This document shows positions 14,062-27,799 of a DNA stretch of 64,000 nucleotides, in pieces; position 1 is the first letter of the stretch; each line of letters opens with the position of its first letter. The notes beneath the pieces were generated by a model. It worked only from the letters and a program-made list of their open reading frames with translations, did not search any database and was not told where the DNA came from. Position numbers and translations under genes: made by a program. Source of the DNA: Octopus vulgaris. Lineage: Eukaryota. Location of the stretch: the NCBI GenBank assembly GCA_951406725.2, contig OX597826.1, forward strand, positions 27,714,001-27,778,000. Direction: 5' to 3'.

Positions 14062-17000
14062 TTAACAATTAACGATAACTTCTTAATAAGGAATCTTAAG
14101 AAGAAATTATCAGGTAGATAGCGTGAAAAACCTCATAAGAGAAAAATTTCGAAAATAATTCTTTCTTATTGAACATATTAATTTATATATAGAGGGCATT
14201 ATTATACATACATGCCACACGCTAAGAGGGACATTAGTCATTTCTACCAAAAATTTTACAAAAATAGAAATAGAAATAAAAGTTAAAAAATCTGATAAAA
14301 CCATGATAAAAGTGTAAAAGAATGTAAAGATAAGGGATGTATAGAGGTTACGGACCAAGCATGGTGGTCAGGAGATTGATAAAATTTAGTTGTAGAATTG
14401 TCAGTAAATCAACAGTAAATCAACAGTTTCATCTGGGGACTTAATGCGTTGTAAATCAGAGCTGATGAGCATTTAATCTGGTTCCTTGAATTAAATGGAC
14501 TTCTAGTACATACGTATCATCATGGATACATACACCCACATACACGCGTACATATACGCCTCCAAGTATATAAGCATACATACGCACTCGCGCGTAAACC
14601 CGTACATAAACACACACGCACCCACACGCACGCGCGTACACACACATACATACACCAGAATATCCGCATATATACACGGGCATTACGCGCGTACACGCTC
14701 ACATGTATATACGCGCGCCCATCACTACATACACACACGTATATGCCCACGCCTCTAGGTCCAGGTATAAGATATTAAAGGATGTGTATAAGAACGTAAG
14801 TAAAGAATCCCGTACTCATGTCAATACGCGCACGCACACGCGGCTGTGTGTCCGTATGTGCGTGCACATATACACTCACATACACACACAGAGAGACACA
14901 CGCGCACATGGGTATAGCTATAAGATATCGAAGTATGCATGTACATATATGCGCGTGCATATGTATGTATGCGTATACACACGTACGCGGACGCTCGTAT
15001 ATTCAAAAGATGGATCCATAGGTAAGTAAATAAACATATATAGAGGTGTAAAGCGATAAGTTTGGGGTAAGAATGAGGGTAAGGGTAAAGATTAGAAATA
15101 AAAAATACAGTATAAAATAAGAAATACAATGTAATAGTTAGAAATGAAGTATAAGAATTATAAAAATTATAAGAGTTAAGGTAAGGGATGAAAATGAAAA
15201 TGAGAATAAATGGAAGTAGAATAAAAGTAAAAATAAAATTAAAAATAAAAATAAATGGAAGTAGGATAAAAGTAAAAATAAAAAGTAAAAATAAAAATAA
15301 AATAAAATAAGATAAAAATATAATTTTGTAAAGTTTAACATGAGATGGAGGTGGTTGAAAGTTAGAGGTGTGTGTTAAACGTAGGGGCGGGCGGGGGGAA
15401 CTGAAAATTGGAAGGGTGGGAAGTGGAGTTTGGCGGTGTGCGTTCAACATCTGAGTTAGAAATGTGAAAGGGTATAGATATAGGGAATTAAAGAGACTAC
15501 ATAGGGAGGATATGGGTGTAGGAGAAGAAATATTTAGGGAAAAGAAGTCATATATGGGAGACAAAATTTGTATATATAGGGGGAAAATGCAGGGAACCGT
15601 ATATGCACATACACACACCCACACACACACACACACACACGCACATGTGTATATATATGTATATGTACACATACGTACACGTATGTGCACATACATACGC
15701 ACACACACACACACACACACATACACACGCACATATAGGAAAGCGGGATGTGCTGGAGCCGACAGGTTGCACCGGGTGGGAGGAAATTGCATGGGGGAGT
15801 TGGTATAAGACCTAAGCATTGTAGTATTTGAAAGTATTAATAAGTTTATGTATACAGGATGGTTTGAACTCTGACCTTTTGTTAATAAGATTGTGTTTGT
15901 CTTTGAATTTCAAGATGTTCAGGAGTTCTACACAGCATAGTTGGCATCCTGCTCTATTATTTAAATAAGGTGCAGCTGATCCGATGATGGACCATCTGAG
16001 TTTGAAGCCTATGCATTTGTCTTTTAATTCCCAAATTCTTTTAGAGAGGGAGGTGCTGTTAGCCTTATGTCTGTGTCTCAGCGAGGACCGGTGGTTGTAG
16101 TATCTGGATTTCCAGGAGGTTGAGCAACCAATATAGGTGAGTGTGTTAAACTGAGTACTCACCTCACATGAGTATATTACGTTTTTCGCTCTACATGCGC
16201 CCTGCAGCGGGCACTCTGATGCACATCTGCAGTTGCATTGCATTGCATTATTCGGTCGTGTGCTGCTAATCCCAGGCGGAGGTGTTGCAATACGAGTGGG
16301 GGCGTTGGTATCCTCCTGGTTGTTGATGGGTGTAGTATTTCCTCTGTTGTGTTGGCGGGTGTTATTACTAACTGTTTGGGTAGTATGGCTGTCAGTCTGG
16401 TTATATTGTCTACTGTCTAGATGAGGGGGGTTCTGTTGGTCGCTATGGTTTGCTCTTGATCTAGCTGTTCTAATATTAATATAGTTATGTTTAGCTATGA
16501 GGCAGCTCATGTTGGGCAGGGTAGAGTAGGAAATCCTAATAGTTTTGTTGGAGAAGATACTTCTATACTTGTGGGTGGGTGGGAAGTTGTTGGAAATTAT
16601 AGAGAATATTCTCTTACATAATTTACCCCTAACTGCTAAGTTGAAAGGTATGTTGAACCATATATATTTGCGTAATCTACTATTATCCCTTCTATTTCTC
16701 CTAATAGGATCTATATTGTTCTCGTCGGGAGGGTTACTAATGTGTGCTGTTCTATTAGTTCGCCTATTTCCTATACGTTGTTTGGAGTTTAAATTAGAAT
16801 TATCGCTAGTGTGAGTTGAGTGCTGAGTTCGATTATAATTGGGAGTCTTATGGCCGACGGACGTTCCCGGGTGGTCTACATATGATATTCTCTGGTTATA
16901 CCCGGCACTATAGAGAGCCTGGTTGTAGTGTTGTGCATGATTATTGAAAATTTCTCTATTAGAGGATAGTTTTGTCAGTCTGTCTGAGATGGCTTGGACC

Positions 17001-18590
17001 GTGGTGCTAATTATACAGGGTGGATGGTTGGAAGAGGTATGGATGTATTTGGTAGTTTCTTCTGGTTTCCTATACGGGTAGTGAAGGTGCTTATTCAAAT
17101 CTAACGTAACATCTAAGAAGTTTACTATTTTAGTGTTGGTCATAAATTCTAGTTTAAGATTGAAGGATTTGAAAAAAACCCTGATCTTTTTCCTAATTCT
17201 TTCTAGTTTACTCCTATTGTTGCTGGGGTATATGAAGAGAGCGTCGTCTCTGTATAGACCCCCCTGAAGATCCGGTACCTCGGAGAAAAGCTTCTTGAGC
17301 AGGTAGGCCCCGACCAAGTCAGTCACCTGAGCTGAATCGCTCGAGCCCATAGCCACATCGAAATTGTCGGGGGTATCGGATCTGGTCCAGAGTCTACCGT
17401 CGAATTCTATTATGGTTTTTCTAGCTAATAGAATTATGTCAATTTTTTCTCTGTCTATGAGTGAAAGGTTGCGGGCGAAAATAAGGGATTTGTTAAGTAA
17501 GATGGGGGATATACTGGCGTAGTAGCTAGCTATGTCGAATTGGATGAATGAGTAGTCGGGCCTATTGGTGATAGTGTTAAACCATTCTAGCACATCGTTG
17601 GTGTTAATCCATAGTTGGAGTGGGATGTGGGGTTTGATGTGTGGGATCACCTTGTCCAGGATGGTCTTGCTAAGTCTGCCGATATCCGATTTAGTCGGAC
17701 AGATTAATCGTACTCCTACACTATCTGGGAAGTCTTTCTTATGGTCTTTAATAGTAATTTTGGGTACTTGTGGTTTAATAGGTTCTGTTCTGTCCAGGAG
17801 GTCTAATTTGCTCATAACTTCCTTGATTTTGTAGTTAATTTCCTTAAGGTTATCCGTAGAAGTAGTTTTATACTTTTTGCTAAGTTCCCTCATGATGAGC
17901 GATTTGTAGGTTTGGTAGTCTAGCCTATACCAGTTCCCAGTCTTGTCGGCGGGTATGATAAGACTATCATCGTTCCTAAGTGAATGCAGGAAATCTTTAA
18001 GGCTCCTTAAGTGGGTGTTGGAAATGGTCTTATGTTTACTAATGTTGATGTTGGTAATGAGGTCGATTAAGTCTTTTTCAAAATTTTCCAGTGCGTAGTT
18101 AGAGGGTGGATTTCTTCTGCTTTTAAATATCTTCCTGTGTGATATTTCTTCTTGGTTAGAGTTGGGGTTGCTTTTCTCCGGGTTATCGAACTGGTAGGCC
18201 GCCCACCTGATTCTTCTAATAAAGTCTGTGGTACGGTGGATGAGAGTCGTCGTGTAAGTTTTGTCGGAGTGGAGAGGTATGTCCTTGGGGGAGAAGTTTG
18301 TGTGAATCCTTTGAATCTTCATGCTTGGGTTCGTCAAGTACTAAAGGTTGTCGCGGTTACGTGGGATCAGATCCTAGTGACAACGTAGGTGAGTTGAGTA
18401 TAGAAATTCGGGGTGAGTACTTGATAATTATAAGCACCTGTGTATACCGTTTGGTGGTATAGGTGGTGGAGTAAATTGATCAAAATAAAATAAAAACGTG
18501 ATGCGAAGGATTCAGCGGTACATATGTTTCGGGCCTTTATTAGACAGATTTATAACAATGCATAATGTATGTCTGTGGCCATATGCATAT
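14054..18590 (-). mobile_element. Full-length or near full-length Penelope-like retroelement with long 3' UTR
   Basis: The PLE ORF plus about 1.75 kb of downstream sequence and about 250 bp upstream lie between two (TA)n-rich tracts ending near 14053 and starting near 18590. Boundaries are inferred. Confidence 0.7.
15812..18337 (-). CDS. Penelope-like element polyprotein: reverse transcriptase plus C-terminal GIY-YIG endonuclease (intact ORF; first ATG at 18322)
   Basis: 841-aa uninterrupted ORF. It has the PLE N-terminal ADKTGN motif, RT motifs FDIASYY, AMGSSDSA and GLYRDD, the thumb segment FLDVTLDL..YRKP..YIHTSSNHP, and a GIY-YIG domain (CNCR..CPLQGAC..NVIYSC..YIGCS..R..NH..CQLCCVE..LINKRSE..CIH). 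Confidence 0.95.
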   Translation of the reverse strand: MTNPSMKIQRIHTNFSPKDIPLHSDKTYTTTLIHRTTDFIRRIRWAAYQFDNPEKSNPNSNQEEISHRKIFKSRRNPPSNYALENFEKDLIDLITNINISKHKTISNTHLRSLKDFLHSLRNDDSLIIPADKTGNWYRLDYQTYKSLIMRELSKKYKTTSTDNLKEINYKIKEVMSKLDLLDRTEPIKPQVPKITIKDHKKDFPDSVGVRLICPTKSDIGRLSKTILDKVIPHIKPHIPLQLWINTNDVLEWFNTITNRPDYSFIQFDIASYYASISPILLNKSLIFARNLSLIDREKIDIILLARKTIIEFDGRLWTRSDTPDNFDVAMGSSDSAQVTDLVGAYLLKKLFSEVPDLQGGLYRDDALFIYPSNNRSKLERIRKKIRVFFKSFNLKLEFMTNTKIVNFLDVTLDLNKHLHYPYRKPEETTKYIHTSSNHPPCIISTTVQAISDRLTKLSSNREIFNNHAQHYNQALYSAGYNQRISYVDHPGTSVGHKTPNYNRTQHSTHTSDNSNLNSKQRIGNRRTNRTAHISNPPDENNIDPIRRNRRDNSRLRKYIWFNIPFNLAVRGKLCKRIFSIISNNFPPTHKYRSIFSNKTIRISYSTLPNMSCLIAKHNYINIRTARSRANHSDQQNPPHLDSRQYNQTDSHTTQTVSNNTRQHNRGNTTPINNQEDTNAPTRIATPPPGISSTRPNNAMQCNCRCASECPLQGACRAKNVIYSCEVSTQFNTLTYIGCSTSWKSRYYNHRSSLRHRHKANSTSLSKRIWELKDKCIGFKLRWSIIGSAAPYLNNRAGCQLCCVELLNILKFKDKHNLINKRSEFKPSCIHKLINTFKYYNA

Positions 18591-18640
18591 GCATATATAT
18601 ATGTGCATGTATGTATAAATATATACATACACTCACACAC

Positions 18641-18674
<34 letters not shown>

Positions 18675-18785
18675 TTATATGCATGCACACATATATACAC
18701 ATATAAATGTGTGTATACTTGTATGTATATATAAATCTATCTATCCATATATATATATATGTGTGTGTGTGTGTGAGTGTGTGTG

Positions 18786-18854
<69 letters not shown>

Positions 18855-18899
18855 ATAAAACTTAGATATGTTTCGACCAAAGATTGGTCCAGGCCATGT

Positions 18900-19740
18900 C
18901 TAACTTAATAGCACCACCTGATAGGAATATCTCAATCCTTTTTAAATCAAGTTATGTTCTCATGGTCCATTCAAGTAGGGAGTTCTTGTTGATTCAGTTG
19001 TATCGAGATATGGGTGGCTTGCCTGGTATTCCTTGAAGAAATCTGTCCAGACTCCGTTTAATCAGTTTTGGACAATGCTAAACAGGGCAGAGCCTGATGA
19101 GGAAAATAAATTATGTCACAGTGTGCCTAGATGTTGGGATCCTGAATTGGGCAGGGTATGTATATATATGATGATCCCCGTTTTCGAAAGCTTAAGTATC
19201 ATCTACATCCAGTCGGTTCCCTCTGGCCAGACGGGCCACAAAGATTACTTGCAGCGGTTCAGGAAGAAATTTCTTCGCAAAAAGACAGAAGACCTACACT
19301 AGGACAATGCACTGGTTCATAATTCCATTCTGGTAACCAAGTACAAGACAGAGATATCAAAAGTGCCCCTCTTTCACGCTACGGTTCAGATCTTACTCCT
19401 TCTCACTCTTGGTTGTTCCCCTAGCTGAAAGACAAAGGGGAAAAACCTGAAAGAAGTGTCCTGAGCACCTTCACTTCAGAAGTGAAGCTTCGACGGACAA
19501 GGCAATCACGGTGACCAGTCAACCACCTCGTATTTCCTTTAGCCTCGCTGCGCACTCGCCTCTGCAAGGAAATGCGTACCGATACTTCGGAAGATTTCTA
19601 TAGGGCTTTCACAAAGGGGCTGGAGCGCTACAACAAGTGGAATAAACAGATCCTACTTCAAAGGTGATTAGCGTTTTGTACTTTTTAGAAATTAGTGTCT
19701 CTCCTGAAAACGTCTGAAAAACTTCTGAATACAATTTCTA
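18900..19740 (+). pseudogene. Mariner remnant
   Basis: DNALVHNSILV.. and YGSDLTP..WLFP-like fragments (mariner second- and third-D regions). Confidence 0.5.
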
Positions 19741-20005
19741 CATAGTTAAAACTATGGTTTTGCCGGGTAAAACATCGTTAATATATCGTTGCAAAAGTAA
19801 AACCAAACCAACGCAGATTAAATGGGAAAGTAGATCCAAATATAAAATAGATATTCTACGAAGCAATGTTAGTAAAATTACACCAAATTACAAGAGATAG
19901 AAAAGACTTCTAGAAAAAAACCAATAGCAATACAAGCGCAAACATACACTCATATGAATCCACAAATACATATACACACACACTTCTTAGGGATACAATC
20001 ATATC

Positions 20006-20050
<45 letters not shown>

Positions 20051-20529
20051 ATATAAATATATATGTGTATGTATACATATATATATATGTATATATACAT
20101 ATATATATGTGTATATATATATATATACGCTATTACAAAAGCATTGACGAACTTACGCTCTCACATACACATACATAAAAATCCACATACATCCGGCACG
20201 CTCACATAACATGCTTACGTAGGCATATTGATAATCGCATGGAGAGACAGAAAGAAAGAAATGTAGAGATGGAGATAAAGGAATTGAGAGAGAGAGAGAG
20301 AGAGAGATTATGTTGCTTTATGAAATCGTCAAAGATTGATAATTTTTTAGTGTTTAAAACTCATCTACGCAAAGGAAAGCGAAGCAGCAATATGGCTTCC
20401 TCGTGTCAGTTGTGTACTTATCTGGAGATAATTAGTTACAAGGGAGAAAGAGTGGGGGGGGGATATATATTTCGAAATAAAACAAGCAGGAATAAATATT
20501 TTTTTAAAATGCTATAAAAATGTATAGAA

Positions 20530-20564
<35 letters not shown>

Positions 20565-20585
20565 TTTAATTTATTATATAGAAGG

Positions 20586-20636
20586 AGCTTCTACAGGACT
20601 AGTACTGTTTCATTCAAGAGAAATCTTCAGGAAGCT
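20586..20636 (-). ncRNA. Type I hammerhead ribozyme fold (inverted copy of 24303-24353)
   Basis: Exact reverse complement of 24303-24353. Confidence 0.85.
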
Positions 20637-21041
20637 ATTTAACAAGAATTGTATTAGCATTTATACATTTAGAGGAGTGGTGGTGGGGGACTTTTTGGGG
20701 GTAGGCATAGCGCAAAATATCATACTTGGGGGAGTGGTCAAGGTAATAAAAAAATAAAAAAATAAAAAATAAAAAAATAAAGGATAAAATAAAAGAATAA
20801 AAATAAAAAATATAAAAAATATAAAAAATATAAAAAGTATAAAAAATATATATAAAAAAATATATATAAAAAAATATATATATAAAAAAATATATAAAAA
20901 AAATATATATATAAAATATATATATATATATATATAAAAAAAAGGGGGGATAGAGTTATAGGTAAATAAGGAGATTCTCACTTATACCTATACACACATG
21001 TATACGTATCTACACACACATACGCACATACACATATATCT

Positions 21042-21098
<57 letters not shown>

Positions 21099-21557
21099 CC
21101 TACACATACACACATACATACATACAAATATACATATACATATATATATATATACAATCCAATACAGGCCCATTCCCTAATTTTAATTTTATTATCTTCA
21201 TTTATTACTTTTGTTATCTTTGATCGCTAGGGCTAAGAATCCTGGCAATAGCTGCTTGTCCGTTTGTCTGTCTACTAGAAGGCAAGTACTCATTCCCGCA
21301 CGCACACTCATTAGCACGTACATTCACCCATTCGTACACTCATACACATACACGTACGCACGCGTTATATTCATACATACAAACATCTACATACGTTCAC
21401 GTATATACACATACGTACTCGTACCTACAGATTCGTGTCTACACTTTAGGAGGCTAGTCTATACATATACACCAATAAATATACATATATATATATATAT
21501 ATATACCCGCATATACATACACACACACACATATATACTCCTACATACAGATACATA

Positions 21558-21613
<56 letters not shown>

Positions 21614-22121
21614 CATATATACACATACCTACACATACACACATACACATACACACACATACATACACATATATATACATACACAAACATATATACACAC
21701 ACATATATATACATACACACATACACACATACATACGTATACATACATACATACATCTATACATCCATACTTACATGCATTTATACGCATACACACACCC
21801 ATCTATATATATGTATATATATATATATATATATATACACACTCACACATACATATACAAATCTACGCACACACATACATACATACACGTATACGCATAC
21901 ACGCACATACACATATACATGCGTACCCATACACGTGCACACACGCACGCGCATCCATATAAATACACACACACACATATATATATACACGTGTGCAAGC
22001 ATACATACATACTCATACGCGCACACATACTTACAAATACATATATGCACACACTTACACACATATATATACATACACATATACATGCATACATACATAT
22101 ATGCATACATACACACACGCA

Positions 22122-22181
<60 letters not shown>

Positions 22182-22803
22182 TATACATACATAGACATAC
22201 ATACACATACATACACATACACATACGTACACACACATATACACATATATATATATACATATATACATATATACACATACATGCATACATATATACACAT
22301 ATACATACATATACATACACACACACATACATATATACATATACACTGATACACATACCCATACATACACATGCATATACTTATATTACTACATACTCAC
22401 ATATATAGACATATATACATATACACACATACATATATACATGTACATACACATACGCATGCATATATATATATATATATACACACACATATATACACAT
22501 ACATATATATATATACATATATACGTACATACACACACACACATACATACATATACACATATACATGTATACATACGCAAAAATGATACGCATATATACA
22601 CATACACACACACAGACAGATGCATATACATACATATATATATATATAAACTACATATCTATATAAATACAAACATAATACACATATACACACACATATA
22701 TATACATTCATGCATACACATATACAAGTATACATACACAAACATACACACACACGCGCACACATACATATACACACACACATATACAAATACATACACA
22801 CAT

Positions 22804-22851
<48 letters not shown>

Positions 22852-23322
22852 GTACACATATACATATGTATATATATATCAACGTGCATATATATGTATT
22901 TGTAAGTATGTGTGCGCGTATGAGTATGTATGTATGCTTGCACACGTGTATATATATATGTGTGTGTGTGTATTTATATGGATGCGCGTGCGTGTGTGCA
23001 CGTGTATGGGTACGCATGTATATGTGTATGTGCGTGTATGCGTATACGTGTATGTATGTATGTGTGTGCGTAGATTTGTATATGTATGTGTGAGTGTGTA
23101 TATATATATATATATATATATACATATATATAGATGGGTGTGTGTATGCGTATAAATGCATGTAAGTATGGATGTATAGATGTATGTATGTATGTATACG
23201 TATGTATGTGTGTATGTGTGTATGTATATATATGTGTGTGTATATATGTTTGTGTATGTATATATATGTGTATGTATGTGTGTGTATGTGTATGTGTGTA
23301 TGTGTAGGTATGTGTATATATG

Positions 23323-23376
<54 letters not shown>

Positions 23377-23830
23377 TATGTATCTGTATGTAGGAGTATA
23401 TATGTGTGTGTGTGTATGTATATGCGGGTATATATATATATATATATATGTATATTTATTGGTGTATATGTATAGACTAGCCTCCTAAAGTGTAGACACG
23501 AATCTGTAGGTACGAGTACGTATGTGTATATACGTGAACGTATGTAGATGTTTGTATGTATGAATATAACGCGTGCGTACGTGTATGTGTATGAGTGTAC
23601 GAATGGGTGAATGTACGTGCTAATGAGTGTGCGTGCGGGAATGAGTACTTGCCTTCTAGTAGACAGACAAACGGACAAGCAGCTATTGCCAGGATTCTTA
23701 GCCCTAGCGATCAAAGATAACAAAAGTAATAAATGAAGATAATAAAATTAAAATTAGGGAATGGGCCTGTATTGGATTGTATATATATATATGTATATGT
23801 ATATTTGTATGTATGTATGTGTGTATGTGT

Positions 23831-23894
<64 letters not shown>

Positions 23895-24302
23895 AGATAT
23901 ATGTGTATGTGCGTATGTGTGTGTAGATACGTATACATGTGTGTATAGGTATAAGTGAGAATCTCCTTATTTACCTATAACTCTATCCCCCCTTTTTTTT
24001 ATATATATATTTTATATATATATTTTATATATATATTTTTTTTTATATATTTTTTTATATATATTTTTATATATATTTTTTTATATATATTTTTTATACT
24101 TTTTATATTTTTTATATTTTTTATATTTTTTATTTTTATTCTTTTTATTTTATCCTTTTATTTTTTTATTTTTTAATTTTTTTATTTTTTTATTACCTTG
24201 ACCACTCCCCCAAGTATGATATTTTGCGCTATGCCTACCCCCAAAAAGTCCCCCACCACCACTCCTCTAAATGTATAAATGCTAATACAATTCTTGTTAA
24301 AT

Positions 24303-24353
24303 AGCTTCCTGAAGATTTCTCTTGAATGAAACAGTACTAGTCCTGTAGAAGCT
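24303..24353 (+). ncRNA. Type I hammerhead ribozyme fold
   Basis: AGCTTC-CTGAAGA-[T TTC TCTT GAA T]-GAAA-CAG TACTAGTC CTG-TA-GAAGCT. Stem I is a perfect 6 bp (AGCTTC/GAAGCT), stem III is ACAG/CTGT, and the predicted GUA cleavage is after 24347. Confidence 0.85.
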
Positions 24354-24434
24354 CCTTCTATATAATAAATTAATTTTACTCTGCTATGTATTGAGTACCT
24401 TACTTACTGTGGTTAACCCCGTATCAACCCGGGA

Positions 24435-24501
<67 letters not shown>

Positions 24502-24903
24502 CTAAAATCTTGGAGAACAAACGAGCAACATCAACAAAATATCACGATGATGGTACGATTATTAGTAGTAGTAATAAAAATTATTGCAAACAATTATTAT
24601 TATTATTATTATTATTATTATTTATATACATTTCTTTTTTTGTGGAAATATTGACAATATTGACAATAGCAAAAATAGTAAGTGGAAGTGTAAAAAGAAT
24701 AGCATTGATAATAATCGTGATTACGATGACGATCATGATGATGGTGGTGGTGATAATGGTGGTGGTGGTGGTGGTGGTGGTGGTGATGATGATGATGATG
24801 ACAATAATGATGATGACGATGACGGAGATGATAATGATGATGAACATGATGATAATGATGATAACACGATGATAATGATGATGACAACCAAGATGAACAT
24901 AGC

Positions 24904-24942
<39 letters not shown>

Positions 24943-24959
24943 AATGGTGGTGGTGGTGG

Positions 24960-25160
24960 GAAGAACCCTTTTCACTAGAGGCATAATATATGAAACGTTA
25001 GGTGGGAGGCCTGTCGATCATGTCGACCCCCACCGCACGACTGGTATTTATTTTGGGAAGGACAGAAGGGAAAATTGACCTCGGCGGAATTTGAACTCGG
25101 CGTGAAGACGGATGAAATGCCGCTAAGCATTTGAACCGGCAGGCTATCATATTTGCCAGC
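24960..25160 (-). mobile_element. SINE family A
   Basis: Matches the family A consensus, diverged. Confidence 0.75.
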
Positions 25161-25412
25161 TAACCAATAAGACAATAAAAAGAACAACACGAATAAGCGT
25201 AATTACTTGCAGCGGCAGCAGCAGTAGGAGGAAGTGGGGGCAGAGGAGGAGGGGAAGGGAAAGACGAGGAGGGGAAGAGGAGGAGGAGGAGGAGGTGCAT
25301 GCCTCCGTATTGGCAAAGTAATCAACTACAACAACAAAAATATCTATAACAGGAGCAAACCACAATAGCAACAGCATTAAATAGCAATAACGGCAGCAGC
25401 AGCAGCAGCGGC

Positions 25413-25487
<75 letters not shown>

Positions 25488-25915
25488 TAGAACAGCAGCA
25501 GCAGCAGCCACGGAATTGGCATTTTCTGATTGCAAGTTCAAAGATGGCGTATTCAGATGGCAATCTCGTGTAAGAGAAAGCCTCGATAAAATGTCTCCCG
25601 AGTATAGAACATTGTATAACAGCACGCTCTGGAATGATCGTTGGACTAGAATTTCACCGATTGTTTATGTTTTTCGGGGATGAATGCCAATTCCAAAGAG
25701 AAGAATGGATCAATAACTCCCACATCAACATTGCAAGAACGATGCGTTGTTATCGAAGGACTGGGAAATATCATTTTATCTAATAATATGTTTAAAAATA
25801 TTATTTTTATTGGTATTGTTTGTTTTTGTTTTGTTTTGCATTTTCTTCCTTTGCTTTGTAACGCATATATATATATACGTACGTGTGTGTGTGTGTGTGT
25901 ATATATGTGCATATA

Positions 25916-25958
<43 letters not shown>

Positions 25959-25979
25959 GTATATACGAACATTATATAC

Positions 25980-26042
<63 letters not shown>

Positions 26043-26150
26043 CGTATACGTACATATGTATATACGTAATATACCTAGATACATATATATATACGTGTAT
26101 ATATATATATATATATATATATAGATATAGATATATACATATATATATAC

Positions 26151-26192
<42 letters not shown>

Positions 26193-26884
26193 GTGAGTGT
26201 ATATATATGTGTGTGTATATATATATGTATATATATGTATAAATATGTATATATATGTATATATATATATAAATACACACACATACATACATACATACAT
26301 ACACACATACACATATACATATATATGATTGAATGATATAAAAATGGAGTGATATGTAAGTTGTCCTTCCATAATTGTTCAAACGTGCAGATAAGTGTGC
26401 GTGCATCTGCGTGCCTGTGTATATGTGTGTGTGTACTCTATGCATATGTGCTTCCATATATGCTAGATAGGTTTATCAATACACGCATATCAATTTTATA
26501 TATATATATATATTTAAAATTGATATGCGTGTGTATATATATATATATATGAGTGTGTGTGTGTGTGTGTGTGAGTGTATGTGTGTGTGTGTCTGTGTGT
26601 GTGGTGTTATATTATATAAGTATATATTCATATACACATATGTGAAATATGTATAGACACGCATACACACATATAAATATACATAAATACATGTACACAC
26701 ACACGCACACACACACACATTTATGTATTCACATCTGTTTGCATCCTTCATCTGGCGCTGTTTATGAGTACGTGTATGTGGCCGAACATACATGCATATA
26801 TAGAAACATATATATACATACGTACATATACGTATACATATATATATATATACATATGCATTACATATATATATACATACATAT

Positions 26885-26963
<79 letters not shown>

Positions 26964-27799
26964 TGCATATGTACATATTTTAGTGCGTATGTGTTAGTTT
27001 GCTTTTAAATGTCCATGTGTATCAGAGTGTAACGGTTTGTGGGTGATCAATCATGTTTGCCTTTCCCTCAGATTGCTTGTCTTTGTATACGTGATCTAAT
27101 ATCGATCAAATGTGATTGAACACGTTTTTGTAGGGAGCAAGCATAGAATCAGTTGTCAAAAATCCTGAAAACCTAGCGTATTACAGGTACTTATAAGGAG
27201 ACACTAGCGGAAAAATGCTTCGTTTTTCGTTTGCTTGTTTTAGTCATCAGATTGTGTCCATGCTGTAGCACGGTCTCGAAGAGTATTTAGTCGAATAAAT
27301 CAAACCTAGTAATTATTATTTTAATTATTCTATCAGTCCCTGTTGCCGAACCGTTGGGTTACGAGGACGTAAACACACCAAGACTGGTCGTCAAGCGGTG
27401 GTGGAGGACAAAGCACAGACATAACGATACGCACACACAGATATATACATATATATATAAGCGACGCGCTTCTTTCAGTTTCCGTCTATCAAATCCACTC
27501 GCAAGGCTTTGGTCGACCCACATCTATAGCAGAAGACACCTGTTCCACGTAGTGGAACTGAACCTGGAAGTATGTGGTTGTGAAGCAAACTTCTTATGAT
27601 AAATTACATGAAGGTTGTACACATCTTCTTACATGCACATAGCTATAGGCTATCAATAAAACCGCCATCAGCCTTGATTATTCATTTGATTCGCCTTCTA
27701 AAACCTATAAATTATTTGATCAGGTAATATATATCCATATCACTCATAAGGTTCTCAACGAGGCCTTGGTGGTGTGCGCTTCGTTAGTTGGTCTGATTT

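Larger units (their letters stand above)
20566..24440. mobile_element. 3.8-kb fold-back non-autonomous element with an HHR near each outer end
   Basis: 20566-22050 and 22884-24373 are near-identical inverted arms around an ~830-bp low-complexity spacer. The right side has an extra ~67-nt tail (24374-24440). (TA)n flanks both sides. Confidence 0.85.

Noticed and set aside
14125-14165. CTCATAA-GAGAAAAATTTC-GAAA-ATAAT-TC, HHR-like
   Set aside because: Two core mismatches, no stem I, and an AT-rich context make a chance match likely.
14462-14500. CTGATGA followed by the hairpin CATTTAAT/ATTAAATG (HHR or SECIS candidate)
   Set aside because: No GAAA or stem III follows. It is antisense to the PLE ORF, which has no in-frame UGA.
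21211-23723. Two ORFs with identical N-termini ([12 protein letters not shown]...) on opposite strands
   Set aside because: A by-product of the large inverted repeat; mostly microsatellite translation.
25377-25770. Possible host exon (complex sequence between microsatellites)
   Set aside because: Short frames bounded by stops, no recognisable domain and no convincing splice pair.
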